Shown in pieces: positions 12,404 through 22,804 of a DNA stretch of 64,000 bases. The stretch's first letter is position 1, and the number at the start of each line of letters is the position of its first letter. A model generated the notes under the pieces. That model ran no database searches and was not told where the DNA came from. It worked only from the letters and a program-made list of their open reading frames with translations. The position numbers and the translations under genes were made by a program. The stretch is taken from positions 41,855 through 105,854 of the forward strand of contig CAWKNZ010000012.1 of assembly GCA_963851265.1 (NCBI GenBank), written 5' to 3'. Source of the DNA: an uncultured Gemmatimonadales bacterium. GTDB taxonomy: Bacteria; Gemmatimonadota; Gemmatimonadetes; Gemmatimonadales; Gemmatimonadaceae.

Positions 12404-13519
12404 TCAGTAGGCGACGTCGCGCCGCTCGGCCGCGCACCGGCTGCACAGCGTGGCGCTGTGCAGCCACTCCGGCGGGTTCCGCTCGCCGCACTCCGCGCAC
12501 GTGCGGAAGCGCGCGACGCGCTCCGCACGCGCGGCGAGCACGGCCTCGATGAACGGCGCCTCGCCGCCGAAGCGCGTCACCGCCTCGCGCGGGAAGCTCG
12601 CGCGGCGCTCGCCGGTGAGCACCGGGGTGTGCCCACGCCACTCGACCACGGGCACCTCGACGTGCACCGCGTGCGGGTCGGCGCGCACCAGCACCTCGAC
12701 CGGGTCGCCGTACGAGAGGAGCGTCGACGCGGTCGCCTCGATGGCGCCGCCGAGAATGGCACCGAGCAGGTCGCGCAGGGTCTCGTCCGGCGACGGCGGG
12801 TCGGCGGGCGGGGTCGCGCCCTGGGCCCAGCCGAAATGCAGCCGGCGCCCGTCCGCGCGCTCGATGGTGGCGAGCGCGCCCACACGCGCCGTGGCGCCGA
12901 AGAGTCGCACGAACGCCGCGTAGTCGGCGAATTCCGCGGGCGCAGGCGGCGGCGCGGCGTCGTCCGCCTCGCCGGGGGCCGGCTCGAACGCGTGCACCAG
13001 GACGACGGCGTGCCGCGCCGCGAACGCGTCGGCGTCGAGCAGCGCGGCGGCCGTGCGCTGGAGCAGCGCGTACCGCACCTCGTCCGGCACCGCGCGCAGC
13101 CCGAGCACCGCGAGCACGCGGGCGAGCCGCGCCTGCTCGACCGGCGACGCGTCCGCCCGCCACTCGCCGACCGTGAGGCCGAACGCCTCGCCCGCCCTGC
13201 CCTCGACCGCGATCACGGCGAGGCCGTCGGCCGTGCGGGCGAGAACGAGCGCGTCGGTGCGCGACCCCACCACCGCGTCGGGCAGAGGCGAGGCGTGCTC
13301 GGGGATGACCAGCAGCGCCTCCGCGCTCGCCAGCGCGGGATCCCCGGCGAATACCGCGCGCACCTCGGACGGCAGCCCGTCCGGGGCGGCGTCGGCCGCG
13401 CGCTGCCACGCGTGGGCGAGCGCGTGCGCCGACCCGCCCTCGCCCCACCGCCCCTCGGGCTCGGCGAGCAACGGGCGCCAGTCAGTGGCGGTGCGGGCGG
13501 GCAGCGAAACGCGGGGCAT
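12404..13519 (-). CDS. DUF6946-like (PD-(D/E)xK-type) domain fused to a C-terminal CxxC...CxxC zinc-finger domain
   Basis: N-terminal DWRPLLAEPEGRWGEGGSAHALAHAW...PEHASPLP...SRTDALVL...AVEGRAGEAFGLTVGEW...YALLQRTAAAL. C-terminal CAECGERNPPEWLHSATLCSRC. Confidence 0.65.
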   Translation of the reverse strand: MPRVSLPARTATDWRPLLAEPEGRWGEGGSAHALAHAWQRAADAAPDGLPSEVRAVFAGDPALASAEALLVIPEHASPLPDAVVGSRTDALVLARTADGLAVIAVEGRAGEAFGLTVGEWRADASPVEQARLARVLAVLGLRAVPDEVRYALLQRTAAALLDADAFAARHAVVLVHAFEPAPGEADDAAPPPAPAEFADYAAFVRLFGATARVGALATIERADGRRLHFGWAQGATPPADPPSPDETLRDLLGAILGGAIEATASTLLSYGDPVEVLVRADPHAVHVEVPVVEWRGHTPVLTGERRASFPREAVTRFGGEAPFIEAVLAARAERVARFRTCAECGERNPPEWLHSATLCSRCAAERRDVAY

Positions 13520-13631
13520 CGGCAAAGGGAAGTCTGGCGGTCGCGCAAGTTACGGCGGATTGCCGCACGACCTGAATCGTACTGCCTCGGGCTCGAGCGC
13601 CGCGGCCTTGAGTCTGCATTCGCGTCCTTGC

Positions 13632-15632
13632 ATGGCGAACGAACCACCCACCGACTCCGTCCCGCACCCGGAGCCCGACTCGCCCGAGGCGCGGGAACGT
13701 GCGGCCGCATTCCGACGTGGCGCAGCGCGCGAGCACGAGCGGTCCGGGGGTGCCCCGGCGCCGGGCCACGCGCCGGAGCCGGCCCGCGACGCCGTGGCCG
13801 GGCGCGCGCGCGGGGCCGTCGCCGCGCGCGCGTTCGCCGCGCTCGCCGACAACGTGCGCGACTACGCGATCTTCCTCCTCGACCCCGCGGGCGTGATCAC
13901 CTTCTGGGGTGAGGGCGCGCGGTACATCAAGTGGTGGACCAAGGACCAGGCCGAGGGCGCGCACCTCCGCCTGCTCTACCCGTCGGGCGGGGCGGAGGAC
14001 GGGTCGGCGGAGGCGCACCTGCAGACGGCCGCGGAGCGCGGCGAGTACACCGGCGAGGGCCACCGCGTTCGCAGCGACGGGTCGACGTTCTGGGCGGGGG
14101 TCACGCTGACCGCGCTCTGGGACGAGGACGGCACCCTGCTCGGCTTCGCGAAGGTGACGCGCGACCTCACCGCTCGGCGCGCCGCCGACAACCTCCTGCA
14201 AGCCGCGGCCGAAGCGTCCGAGACGGCGCGGAACGAGGCGGTGGCGGCGAGCAATGCCAAGAGCGGGTTCCTGGCGACGATGAGCCACGAGATCCGCACG
14301 CCCGTCAACGCGATCCTCGGCTACCACGAGTTGCTCGATCTCGAGATCGACGGGCCGCTCACGCCCGGACAGCGCCGCTCCCTCGCGCGCGCGGGCGCGA
14401 GCGCGCGACACCTCCTCGCGCTCATCTCGGAGGTGCTCGACTTCTCGCGCATCGAGGCCGAGCAGGTATCGGTCGAGCGGACGGCGTTTCGCATCGGCGA
14501 CGCCGTCGGCGGCGCGCTCTCGCTCGTCACGCCCCAGGCGCGCGAGCGTGGACTCGAGCTCAACAATGAGGTGGGCGGGTACGCGGCCGGACTCTCGGCC
14601 TGGGGCGACGAGGCGCGCGTCCGCCAGATCCTCGTCAACCTGCTGAGCAACGCGATCGCGTTCACCACGGCCCGGTCGGACGAGCCCGGCCGCATCGCGG
14701 TGAGCGCGGGCACGGCGACGCAGGCGTCGCCCGACGCCGAACTCGATGGTGACGGGCCGTGGGTGTACGTGCGCGTGGAGGACAACGGCGCGGGCATTCC
14801 GGCCGACCGGCTGCGCCCGATTTTCGAGGCGTTCGTGCAGGCGGACATGACGCTCACGCGCCGGCACGGCGGCACCGGCCTGGGCCTCGCGATCTGCCGC
14901 CGCCTCGCGCGCCTCATGGGCGGCGACGTGACGGTGCGGAGCGAGGTCGGGGTCGGCTCGACGTTCATCCTCTGGATCCCGGCGGCTCCGGTCGAGTCGC
15001 TCGGCACGGGCGGGCTGGCCGGGCACGGGCCCGGGGGGGAGCTCGGCGCCGCCGGCGACGCGAGCCCGCCCGCGGCCCCACGATCCGAAGCCGCGACGCG
15101 CCCGCTGCGCGCCACCGCCGACGCGGTGCTCGCGGAGCTCGAGCGCGTGCTGCACGCCTACGTCGCGCGCCTGCGGAGCGATCCCGCCACGCCGAGCGCG
15201 CACGCCAGGCCCGAGTCGGAGATCGAGGACCACCTCGCGAGCTTCCTCGCCGACATGGCGGGCATGCTCTATCAGCTCGACCTGACGCTCACCGACCCCC
15301 AGAGCGAGGCCGCCGCGGAGGTGCAGGACGGGACGGCGATCCAGCGCGTCGTGGCCGAACGCCACGGGGCGCAGCGGGCGCGCCTCGGGTGGGCGGAGGA
15401 CGAGATCCGACGCGAGTTCGTGATCCTGAACGAGGAACTCGCCGCGGCGGTGCGGCGCGGCGTGGTGGACCGTCTCGCCGGCCCCACACGCGAAGCGCGC
15501 GAGCGCGAGGCCGAACGGTGCCTCGTGCTACTCGCGCGCTTCACGGCGGTCTCCGAACGGTTGAGCGTGGCGGCGTACCGGGCCGCGAGCGCCGGTGGGA
15601 TGGCGGAGCGCTCCGCCGGAAGCACCGTCTGA
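13632..15632 (+). CDS. PAS sensor histidine kinase with an extra C-terminal helical (RsbRD_N-like) domain
   Basis: PAS (DYAIFLLD...RVRSDGSTFWA...GFAKVTRDLT), MSHEIRTPVNAI and GGTGLGLAICRRLA. A ~170-aa tail carries IEDHLASFL...ERHGAQRARLGW...IRREF. Confidence 0.9.
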   Translation: MANEPPTDSVPHPEPDSPEARERAAAFRRGAAREHERSGGAPAPGHAPEPARDAVAGRARGAVAARAFAALADNVRDYAIFLLDPAGVITFWGEGARYIKWWTKDQAEGAHLRLLYPSGGAEDGSAEAHLQTAAERGEYTGEGHRVRSDGSTFWAGVTLTALWDEDGTLLGFAKVTRDLTARRAADNLLQAAAEASETARNEAVAASNAKSGFLATMSHEIRTPVNAILGYHELLDLEIDGPLTPGQRRSLARAGASARHLLALISEVLDFSRIEAEQVSVERTAFRIGDAVGGALSLVTPQARERGLELNNEVGGYAAGLSAWGDEARVRQILVNLLSNAIAFTTARSDEPGRIAVSAGTATQASPDAELDGDGPWVYVRVEDNGAGIPADRLRPIFEAFVQADMTLTRRHGGTGLGLAICRRLARLMGGDVTVRSEVGVGSTFILWIPAAPVESLGTGGLAGHGPGGELGAAGDASPPAAPRSEAATRPLRATADAVLAELERVLHAYVARLRSDPATPSAHARPESEIEDHLASFLADMAGMLYQLDLTLTDPQSEAAAEVQDGTAIQRVVAERHGAQRARLGWAEDEIRREFVILNEELAAAVRRGVVDRLAGPTREAREREAERCLVLLARFTAVSERLSVAAYRAASAGGMAERSAGSTV

Positions 15633-15662
15633 CCCGCGGGACGGCCTGGCCCGCGGGACCGC

Positions 15663-17924
15663 CTAACTCGCGAGCGCGCGTGCCCGCCGACGTCCGGCGG
15701 CAGCGCGCACGACCTCTGCCCGCTCCGCCGGGGCCGACACCGTGCCCGCGATCGAGCCCGACAGGTGGAACCGCTCGACCATGGCGCTGAGTGCCGCCGA
15801 CTGCCGGACGAGCACGCCGGCCGCGTTCGCGGCGTCGTCGGCGCCCGCCGCCGTGCGCTCGGTGACGCGGTGCACCTGGGCGACCTCGGTGCTGATGTGG
15901 GCGACGTCGTCGGCCTGGGCGCTGCTCGCGGCCGTGATCTCCCCGACGCGACCGGCCATCTGGTCCACGTCGGCGTTGATCTCGCGCAGGCTGCCGACCA
16001 CCTCCGCGTTCAGCGCCACGCTCCGGACCGCGGTCTCGGTCCCCTGGGCGATCAGCGTCGCGACCTGCCGGGCCGCTTCGGCCGATCGCTGAGCGAGGGC
16101 GCGCACCTCTCCGGCGACGACCGCGAAGCCACGCCCCGCGTCGCCCGCGCGCGCGGCCTCGACCGCCGCGTTCAGCGCCAGGAGGTTGGTCTGCAGCGCG
16201 ATCTCGTCGATCGTGCGGACGATCTGCGCCGTCGCTTCGCTCGAGCGGCGCATCTCGGCCATCGACTCGGAGAGGCGCTCCATACGGACCACGCCCCCCG
16301 CGGCCCGCTCCCGTGCCTGCTCCGCGAGGTTGCGCGCGTCGCCCGCGCTCGCCGCGCTGCTGCGCGCGGCGGCGGTCACGCGCTCGATACGCCCGGCGAC
16401 CGTCTGGAGACTCGACGCCTGCGCGCTCGAGCCCTGGGCGAGGGTGCGGCTGCCCGCCGTGATCTGCTCGCCCGCCGTCGCGACCTCGCCCGCCGCCGCG
16501 CGCACCTGGGCGAGTGCGCCGTCGAGCGTCCCGACCGCCCCGTTGAGCGCGGTCTGGATGGAGCCGTACGCGCCGTGGTACTCACCCGTCATGCGGGCCG
16601 AGAGGTCGCGGTCGGCGACGCGCTCGAGCACCGCGCGCGTGGCCTGCACCGGCGACTCGACCGCGCTGAGGGCGCGGTTCATCCCGGCCACGAGCTCTGC
16701 GAACGCGCCCTCGTAGCGCGTCGCGTCGGCGCGCTCGCTCAGGCGCCCGGCTTCCGCGGCGGTCGCCAGCGACGACACGTCGCTGGCGAGTCGCTGCAGC
16801 GTCGCGCCGAGCGACGCGAACCCTGCGCCGAGCCGGTCGTTGGCGCTGCGCGCCACGCACGCGACCGAGGTGTCTCCGGCGGCGAGACGCGTGGCCACGT
16901 CGGCGAACGCCCGCTCGGCCGCGGTGACGGCCGCGAAGGCCGCGGACACCTGCCCGACCTCGTCGTCGCGCTCGAGGGTCGGCACGCTCGCGTCGAGGTC
17001 GCCGACGGCGACGCGCCTGGCGACCGTGCTCAGCGCGGTCAGCGGGCCGAGCGCCCGGCGGGTGAAGCCCCACAGGAGCGCACAGCCGAGGACCGCGCAG
17101 AGCGCGGCGGCCGCGACGACGACGTTGGCCGCGTGACCGGCCGCATTCCGCGCGCTGGCTGCATACGGCGCGAACGGAAAGCCCGCGTAGATGATGCCGA
17201 TCACGGCGCCGGAGGCGTCGGTGATGGGCAGATACTGCGTGAACTCGTCGACACCCGCGACCGTGGCCCGGCCGTGGTACGCGCGGCCCGACGCGAAGGC
17301 CGCGCCGGCACCGGCCGGGCGGTGCGTCGCCGTGTCCTGCGCCGGCATCACCGTGAACACCGCACGCGTGGGGCGCCCGTGCGCGTCGGGGCGCGTGACC
17401 GTCGTCGCGAGGCGGAGCGCGCGCCCCATGGGCGCGGACCCGACCGTCGGGTCGGCGGACGGCGTCGCCGACGCACGCGGCGGCAGGCGGACGGCGACCG
17501 TGAACTCCGCGCCGGTGATCTCGGTGGCGCGGTCGAGCGCGTGCTGCACCACCGCGCGGCCGATCACGGGCGTGGTGCCCTTCGCGAGCAGGGCCGACAC
17601 CGACTCGGTGGTCCGGTACGGGTCCTTGCGGCCGTTGCCGTTGTAGAAGGCGAGCGCCGTGTCCCCGCCGGCGGGGCGCACGAGCGTCCAGGCGCCCGGC
17701 GCCGCGTCGTCGAGCAGCGCGCGCGCGGTACTGAGCGCGAACGAGAGGCGGTCGTCCGCCTGGGTGAGCTGTGCGCGGAGCGTCGCGTCGGCGATCTGCG
17801 AACGGGCGAAGAAGCCGACGACGGCGATGGTGAGGACGAGCGTCGCGGCGCTGATGCCGGCGATCCGTGTGCTGAGGCGGATGCGGAGCAATTGCCGCCG
17901 CAGCGCGGCAATGGTAGGAGGCAC
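15663..17924 (-). CDS. Methyl-accepting chemotaxis protein (Cache-type sensor, HAMP domains)
   Basis: Two TM segments, an extracellular YHGRATVAG...[18 protein letters not shown]ache motif, HAMP repeats and the signalling tip [34 protein letters not shown] start at 17924 is inferred. Confidence 0.92.
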   Translation of the reverse strand: MPPTIAALRRQLLRIRLSTRIAGISAATLVLTIAVVGFFARSQIADATLRAQLTQADDRLSFALSTARALLDDAAPGAWTLVRPAGGDTALAFYNGNGRKDPYRTTESVSALLAKGTTPVIGRAVVQHALDRATEITGAEFTVAVRLPPRASATPSADPTVGSAPMGRALRLATTVTRPDAHGRPTRAVFTVMPAQDTATHRPAGAGAAFASGRAYHGRATVAGVDEFTQYLPITDASGAVIGIIYAGFPFAPYAASARNAAGHAANVVVAAAALCAVLGCALLWGFTRRALGPLTALSTVARRVAVGDLDASVPTLERDDEVGQVSAAFAAVTAAERAFADVATRLAAGDTSVACVARSANDRLGAGFASLGATLQRLASDVSSLATAAEAGRLSERADATRYEGAFAELVAGMNRALSAVESPVQATRAVLERVADRDLSARMTGEYHGAYGSIQTALNGAVGTLDGALAQVRAAAGEVATAGEQITAGSRTLAQGSSAQASSLQTVAGRIERVTAAARSSAASAGDARNLAEQARERAAGGVVRMERLSESMAEMRRSSEATAQIVRTIDEIALQTNLLALNAAVEAARAGDAGRGFAVVAGEVRALAQRSAEAARQVATLIAQGTETAVRSVALNAEVVGSLREINADVDQMAGRVGEITAASSAQADDVAHISTEVAQVHRVTERTAAGADDAANAAGVLVRQSAALSAMVERFHLSGSIAGTVSAPAERAEVVRAAAGRRRARALAS

Positions 17925-18189
17925 TCGGCGGGGGGTGGCAGGGGAGGTATCGCACCGAGACGATCGTGATCGCCGGAAGTCCCGTCTGCGCCACTCGGTT
18001 GGACGTAGGGAAGGGCGGATTTCGCTGCCCAGGGCGATCCGGTTGGCGCGACGACGTGGGGGCCCGGCCCGGCCGCACGCGCGCGGGGCTGGACGCCGCG
18101 CCGGGCACGGGACGCATATTCGTTCGGGCCGTCGCGGCGCCGTCCCGTGCGACCGTCCGGCCCGGTTCCCCTCCCCGCACCGCATGCTC

Positions 18190-19416
18190 ATGCCCCGTCG
18201 CCGTCCCGCCCTCGTCGCCCTGCTCGGCGCCGTCCTTGCCGCACCCGCCGCGTCCGCTCGTGCGCAGACCCCGGCCGGGCCAGCCGCTGTGCCTGCCGCC
18301 GACGACCCCATCAAGGGCCTCGTCGGCCGCCTCGACCTGGAGCGGTACAAGGCGACGATCAAGGGCCTCACGCAGTTCGGCGACCGGCGCCAGGGCACCG
18401 ACCGCAATCGCGCCGCCGTGGACTGGATCGAGGCCCAGCTCAAGAGCTACGGCTGCACCAACACCGAGCGGATCACGTACGACTACCAGCCGCCCCCGCC
18501 GCGGCCCGGGTCGGAGAACGCGTACCGTGCGCGTGTCGCGACGTCGGCGCCGGGCGGCGCGCGTCTCCGGGGCAGCCAGCTGCCGATCGGCGTGAACAGC
18601 GACTCGCTCGCGCAGCCCGACGCGCGGCTCCGCGCGCTGAACGCGCAGGCGAGCGCGCCGGGGCGGCGGCAGGAGGTGTACTGCACCAAGGTGGGGAGCA
18701 CGCACCCGGGCGAGATGTACATCGTGGGCGCGCACATGGACGGCATCGGCTGGGGCGAGGCCGCAAACGACGACGGGTCGGGCACCGCGCTCGTGATGGA
18801 GCTCGCGCGCGTGTTGTCCGCGCCCGACGTGCAGACGGACCGCTCGATCCGCTTCGTCCTGTGGAACAACGAGGAGACGGGGCTCAACGGCGCGCGCGCG
18901 TACGTGGAGCAGCGGCAGGCGTTGCAGGGCAAGGAGTCGCCCGCCGGGTCTGGGCGGTACCCCGAGCCGCGGTGGTTAGGCATGATCCAGCACGACATGA
19001 TGCTCTTCGACCACGGCATGCCCCGCCCCGACGGGACGATGAGCCGCGAGCAGCGCCCGGAAGCCGACGTGAACGTCGAGTTCCAGAGCGCCTCGAAGAT
19101 GGCCGCCGGGGCGCAGCAGCTGGCGTGGGCGCTCGCGAACGCGAACGAGGCGTACGCGACCGACTACCCGGCGACGGTGGGGCAGCACATGACCAACACG
19201 GACTCCGGGCCGTTCCAGGACCTCGTCCCGGCGGTCAGCCTGCGCGAGAACGAGCGCGGGTCGCAGATCGGCGCCGGGTGGGATCCGCAGTGGCACCAGC
19301 CGACGGACCTGTACGCGACCTACAACGACAGGGACTTCCGGCTGGGCCTCAACGCGGCGCAGACGACGTTAGGCGGGGTGGCGCGGCTGGCCGGGGCGAC
19401 GATGCGGGGCCGGTGA
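18190..19416 (+). CDS. Secreted M28 family metallopeptidase
   Basis: Signal peptide, GAHMD, ANDDGSG, NEETGL, HDMM and WHQPTD zinc-ligand motifs. Start may be 18184. Confidence 0.9.
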   Translation: MPRRRPALVALLGAVLAAPAASARAQTPAGPAAVPAADDPIKGLVGRLDLERYKATIKGLTQFGDRRQGTDRNRAAVDWIEAQLKSYGCTNTERITYDYQPPPPRPGSENAYRARVATSAPGGARLRGSQLPIGVNSDSLAQPDARLRALNAQASAPGRRQEVYCTKVGSTHPGEMYIVGAHMDGIGWGEAANDDGSGTALVMELARVLSAPDVQTDRSIRFVLWNNEETGLNGARAYVEQRQALQGKESPAGSGRYPEPRWLGMIQHDMMLFDHGMPRPDGTMSREQRPEADVNVEFQSASKMAAGAQQLAWALANANEAYATDYPATVGQHMTNTDSGPFQDLVPAVSLRENERGSQIGAGWDPQWHQPTDLYATYNDRDFRLGLNAAQTTLGGVARLAGATMRGR

Positions 19417-19418
19417 GC

Positions 19419-21287
19419 ATGAACACCCGCCGCCAGTTTCTCGTCCGCGCGCCGCTCGGCGTCGCCGGCGCGCTCGCCGCCTGCCGCCACGCGCCCGCGT
19501 CCGAGTCCCAGCCGCCCGTACCCGGCCCGGGCGGTACCCCGACCGGAGCCCCCGCCGCCGCGCCCGCCGCCGCGCCCGCCGGGGCGCCGGCAGGCGCGCC
19601 GCCCGCGTTCAACACCGCGCCCCCGGTCGGGCCCGAGGTGTCGACGGCCACGTTCGCGGAGGCGGAGAAGCTGATGCAGGTGCAGCTCACCCCCGCGCAG
19701 CGGCGCATGGCCGCCGACAGCTGGCGCACGTCGATGGCGCCTCTGGTGGAGCGGCGCACCGGCCCCAAGAAGCTCGCGCTCCCCGACGGGCTCGCGCCCG
19801 CGACCCGCTGGACGCCCGGCGTCGGCGGGGAGCCGATGGGGGCGGCGCGCGACCGCTTCGTGCGCACCCCGGCCGACTCCGCTCCGCTCCCGACGAGCGA
19901 TGCCGACATCGCCTACGCGCCGGTGACGCGCCTCTCGCGCTGGATCGAGTCGCGCCAGCTCACCTCCGAGCGCCTCACGCGCATCTACCTCGAGCGCATC
20001 CGGCGCTACGACCCGAAGCTGCGCTGCGTCATCACCCTGGTCGCCGACGCGGCGATGGTCGAGGCGCGGCGTGCGGACGCCGAGATCGCCGCCGGGCGCT
20101 ACCGCGGGCCGCTGCATGGTGTGCCGTACGGCGTGAAGGACCTGCTCGACACCGCGGGCGTTCGCACGACTTGGGGTGCGGAGCCGTTCCGCGACCGGGT
20201 GCCGAACGCGGACGCGGCCGTCGTGGCGCGGCTGCGCGCCGCGGGGGCGGTGCTCGTCGCCAAGCTCAGCCTCGGCGCGCTCGCACTCAACGACATCTGG
20301 TTCGGCGGGCAGACGATGAACCCGTGGCTCCTGGAGGAAGGCGCGTCGGGGTCGAGCGCGGGGCCCGGCGCGGCGACCGCGGCTGCGCTCGTCGGGTTCT
20401 CGGTGGGGAGCGAGACGGGCGGCAGCATCATCAGCCCGAGCATGCGTTGTGGCGTGACGGGACTCCGCCCGACGTACGGCCGCGTCGCGCGCACGGGCGC
20501 GATGACGCTCGCCTGGTCGCTCGACAAGCTCGGGCCGATGACGCGGAGCGTGGAGGACGCGATGCTGGTGCTGCAGGCGATCACCGGCCCCGACGCGGGC
20601 GACGTGGCGAGCGTGCCGAGCCGGCTCGACTACGACGCGACCGCGGGAGTGCGGGGGCTGCGCGTGGGGTACGTGCCGGCGTGGATGCGGGAGGCGCCCG
20701 CCACCGACGTCGACCGCGCCGCGCTCGACGCGGTGCGCGCGTTAGGCATGACCGCGGTCCCGGTCACCTTCCCCGACTGGCCCTACGACTCGCTCAACCT
20801 GGTGCTCTTCGCGGAGGCCGCGGCGGCGTTCGAGGAGTTGACGCTGAGCGGGCGCGCGGACCAGCTGCGCGCGCAGGTGCCCGACGCGTGGCCCAACCTG
20901 TTCCGCGAGGCGCGCTTCCTCTCGGCCGTGGACTTCGTGCAGACCGACCGCCTGCGGCGTCGCGTCGCGGAGGAGATGGGGCGCGTCATGTCGCAGGTCG
21001 ACCTGCTGCTCGTGCCTTCGCTGCGCGACGAGATGCTCGTGATCTCGAACAACACCGGGCACCCGTCGCTCACGCTCCGCACGGGGTTCGTGCGCGTGGC
21101 CGAGGCGCGCAGCGACTGGGCGCCCGACCCGGCCCACCCGCTGCCCAGGTTCGACCCGCCGCGGCGCGTGCCGCACGGCGTGACGCTCATCGGGCGGCTG
21201 TTCGACGAGGGGACGATCGCGCGCGCGGGGCTGGCGCTCGAGCGCGCGTCGGGGGTGGTCGCCGAACGGCCCCCGCAGTTCGCCTGA
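19419..21287 (+). CDS. Amidase-signature enzyme with Tat/lipoprotein-like signal
   Basis: MNTRRQFL...LAAC, GPLHGVPYGVKDL, SGSSAG and GSETGGSI. Confidence 0.92.
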   Translation: MNTRRQFLVRAPLGVAGALAACRHAPASESQPPVPGPGGTPTGAPAAAPAAAPAGAPAGAPPAFNTAPPVGPEVSTATFAEAEKLMQVQLTPAQRRMAADSWRTSMAPLVERRTGPKKLALPDGLAPATRWTPGVGGEPMGAARDRFVRTPADSAPLPTSDADIAYAPVTRLSRWIESRQLTSERLTRIYLERIRRYDPKLRCVITLVADAAMVEARRADAEIAAGRYRGPLHGVPYGVKDLLDTAGVRTTWGAEPFRDRVPNADAAVVARLRAAGAVLVAKLSLGALALNDIWFGGQTMNPWLLEEGASGSSAGPGAATAAALVGFSVGSETGGSIISPSMRCGVTGLRPTYGRVARTGAMTLAWSLDKLGPMTRSVEDAMLVLQAITGPDAGDVASVPSRLDYDATAGVRGLRVGYVPAWMREAPATDVDRAALDAVRALGMTAVPVTFPDWPYDSLNLVLFAEAAAAFEELTLSGRADQLRAQVPDAWPNLFREARFLSAVDFVQTDRLRRRVAEEMGRVMSQVDLLLVPSLRDEMLVISNNTGHPSLTLRTGFVRVAEARSDWAPDPAHPLPRFDPPRRVPHGVTLIGRLFDEGTIARAGLALERASGVVAERPPQFA

Positions 21288-21354
21288 CAGGCGGGGCGGG
21301 GGTGACCGGCGCGCGCCTCACGGCCGTGCGCTTCGTCGCGCACGCGGCGGCGAT

Positions 21355-21831
21355 CTACGGCGTCACCCGGGCGCGCTGCGGATCGTCGGCCGGATGCACG
21401 TAGGTCATCGCGAACGGCCCCGTCGCGCTCACCGCGACGACCGTCGCTCCCTGCGCGGCGGCATAATGGTGCATCCGCGCCGGTACGTCCCCCGCCTGCC
21501 CGCTCGTCATCGGGCGCGCGGTCGCGAGGTTGAGCGAGTCGCCCATCCCGACGAGGAAGGTGCCGCGCCGCACGACCACGTGCTCGCTCGTCGGATGCGA
21601 GTGGGGCGGGATCCGGTAGCCGTCGGGAAGCGAGAGTTCGATGGTGAACGGGCCAGACTTGCTGGGATCACCTTTCAGGACGGCCATCTGCGCGCCGGCG
21701 GGGAACACCGGGGGGGCCGGTGTCCAGTGTCGGACGGGCATGCTGTCCTGCTTCGCCGCGGAGGGCTGCTGCGCTTGGACCGCCGACGCGGCGGCCAGTC
21801 CGACTACAGTGGTGACGAGTACCGGTCGCAT
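21355..21831 (-). CDS. Secreted cupin-domain protein
   Basis: Signal peptide, GDPSKSGPF, IPPHSHPTSEHVVV and HHYA. Confidence 0.85.
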   Translation of the reverse strand: MRPVLVTTVVGLAAASAVQAQQPSAAKQDSMPVRHWTPAPPVFPAGAQMAVLKGDPSKSGPFTIELSLPDGYRIPPHSHPTSEHVVVRRGTFLVGMGDSLNLATARPMTSGQAGDVPARMHHYAAAQGATVVAVSATGPFAMTYVHPADDPQRARVTP

Positions 21832-22052
21832 ACGCCGATCTCCATGAGTGGCGAGGCGCATAGGGAGCAACTGCGCCGGCCGAACATGGGGGCCCCATCC
21901 GCGGTTGGACAGGTCGCCAGACGTTGCGACGACGACTCGGGCGATCGGACGACGCTCGCGCGACGCGGTGTACCAGAGACTGCGCGTCAGATCGGGGCAT
22001 TCAGCACGTATGCGCTGGTGACGGCGTCCGGTGTTCGACCGGCCGTGGCTCG

Positions 22053-22730
22053 TCAGACGCCGACAGGAGACGCCTGCTCGGTCGAGACATCGCGCGCGAA
22101 CGAGCCGGTCCGGACGTCCCCGGCGCGTTCGTAGGTCGCGAGGATCACGCCGGTCGGCGCGACCACGGAATGCGACAGCCGATACGCGGCCGGCCGGATC
22201 CCCTCGCCGAAGAGCCGCTTGCCAGAGCCGAGCGCCACCGGGAAGATCAGCAGCCGGAGCTCGTCGACCAGGTCTGTCGCGAGGAGCGTCTGCGCGAAGT
22301 CGCCGGAGCCCTGGGTCAGCAGGTCCGGCCCGTCGCCCCGCTTCAGCTCACGCACCGCGGCCACGGCGTCGGGCCCGAGCCACCGGCTGTTCTCCCAGGC
22401 GAGCGCCGGGCGGGAGCGCGACGCGACGTACTTCGTGGCCCGGTTGAAGGTGTTGGCGAGCTCCGCCCCCCCGGCCGAGTAGGTCGGTGAGCCGGGATCG
22501 ACGGCGACGTGCGGCCAGTAGCCGGCGAAGATGTCGTACGTGCGGCGGCCGAGGAGCAGGTCGAAGGGCCGGCCGGCGTTCTCCGCCGTCCCCTTCCCGA
22601 TCGCGGGGTCGGCGTACGGCACGACCCACCCGCCGTAGCGGAAGCCGCCGGACGGGTCCTCACCGGGCCCGCCCGGGGCCTGCATGACGCCGTCGAGGCT
22701 CACGAAGGCGGCGGTCACGAGCTTGCGCAT
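22053..22730 (-). CDS. Dihydrofolate reductase / RibD C-terminal family protein
   Basis: FVSLDGVMQAPGGP, LLLGRRTYDIF, QGSG and LVDELRLLIFPVALGSGKRLF. Confidence 0.92.
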   Translation of the reverse strand: MRKLVTAAFVSLDGVMQAPGGPGEDPSGGFRYGGWVVPYADPAIGKGTAENAGRPFDLLLGRRTYDIFAGYWPHVAVDPGSPTYSAGGAELANTFNRATKYVASRSRPALAWENSRWLGPDAVAAVRELKRGDGPDLLTQGSGDFAQTLLATDLVDELRLLIFPVALGSGKRLFGEGIRPAAYRLSHSVVAPTGVILATYERAGDVRTGSFARDVSTEQASPVGV

Positions 22731-22804
22731 CACGGTCCTCTCTCGAGTGTTGGGGGGGACGGAGCGACGCGATGCGCCCGGACGTGGCTCCCGTCACACA
22801 CGGC

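Noticed and set aside
15633..15659. Possible terminator between the convergent kinase and MCP genes (two CCCGCGGG copies)
   Set aside because: A hairpin is possible, but there is no U-tract and such GC palindromes are common at this base composition.
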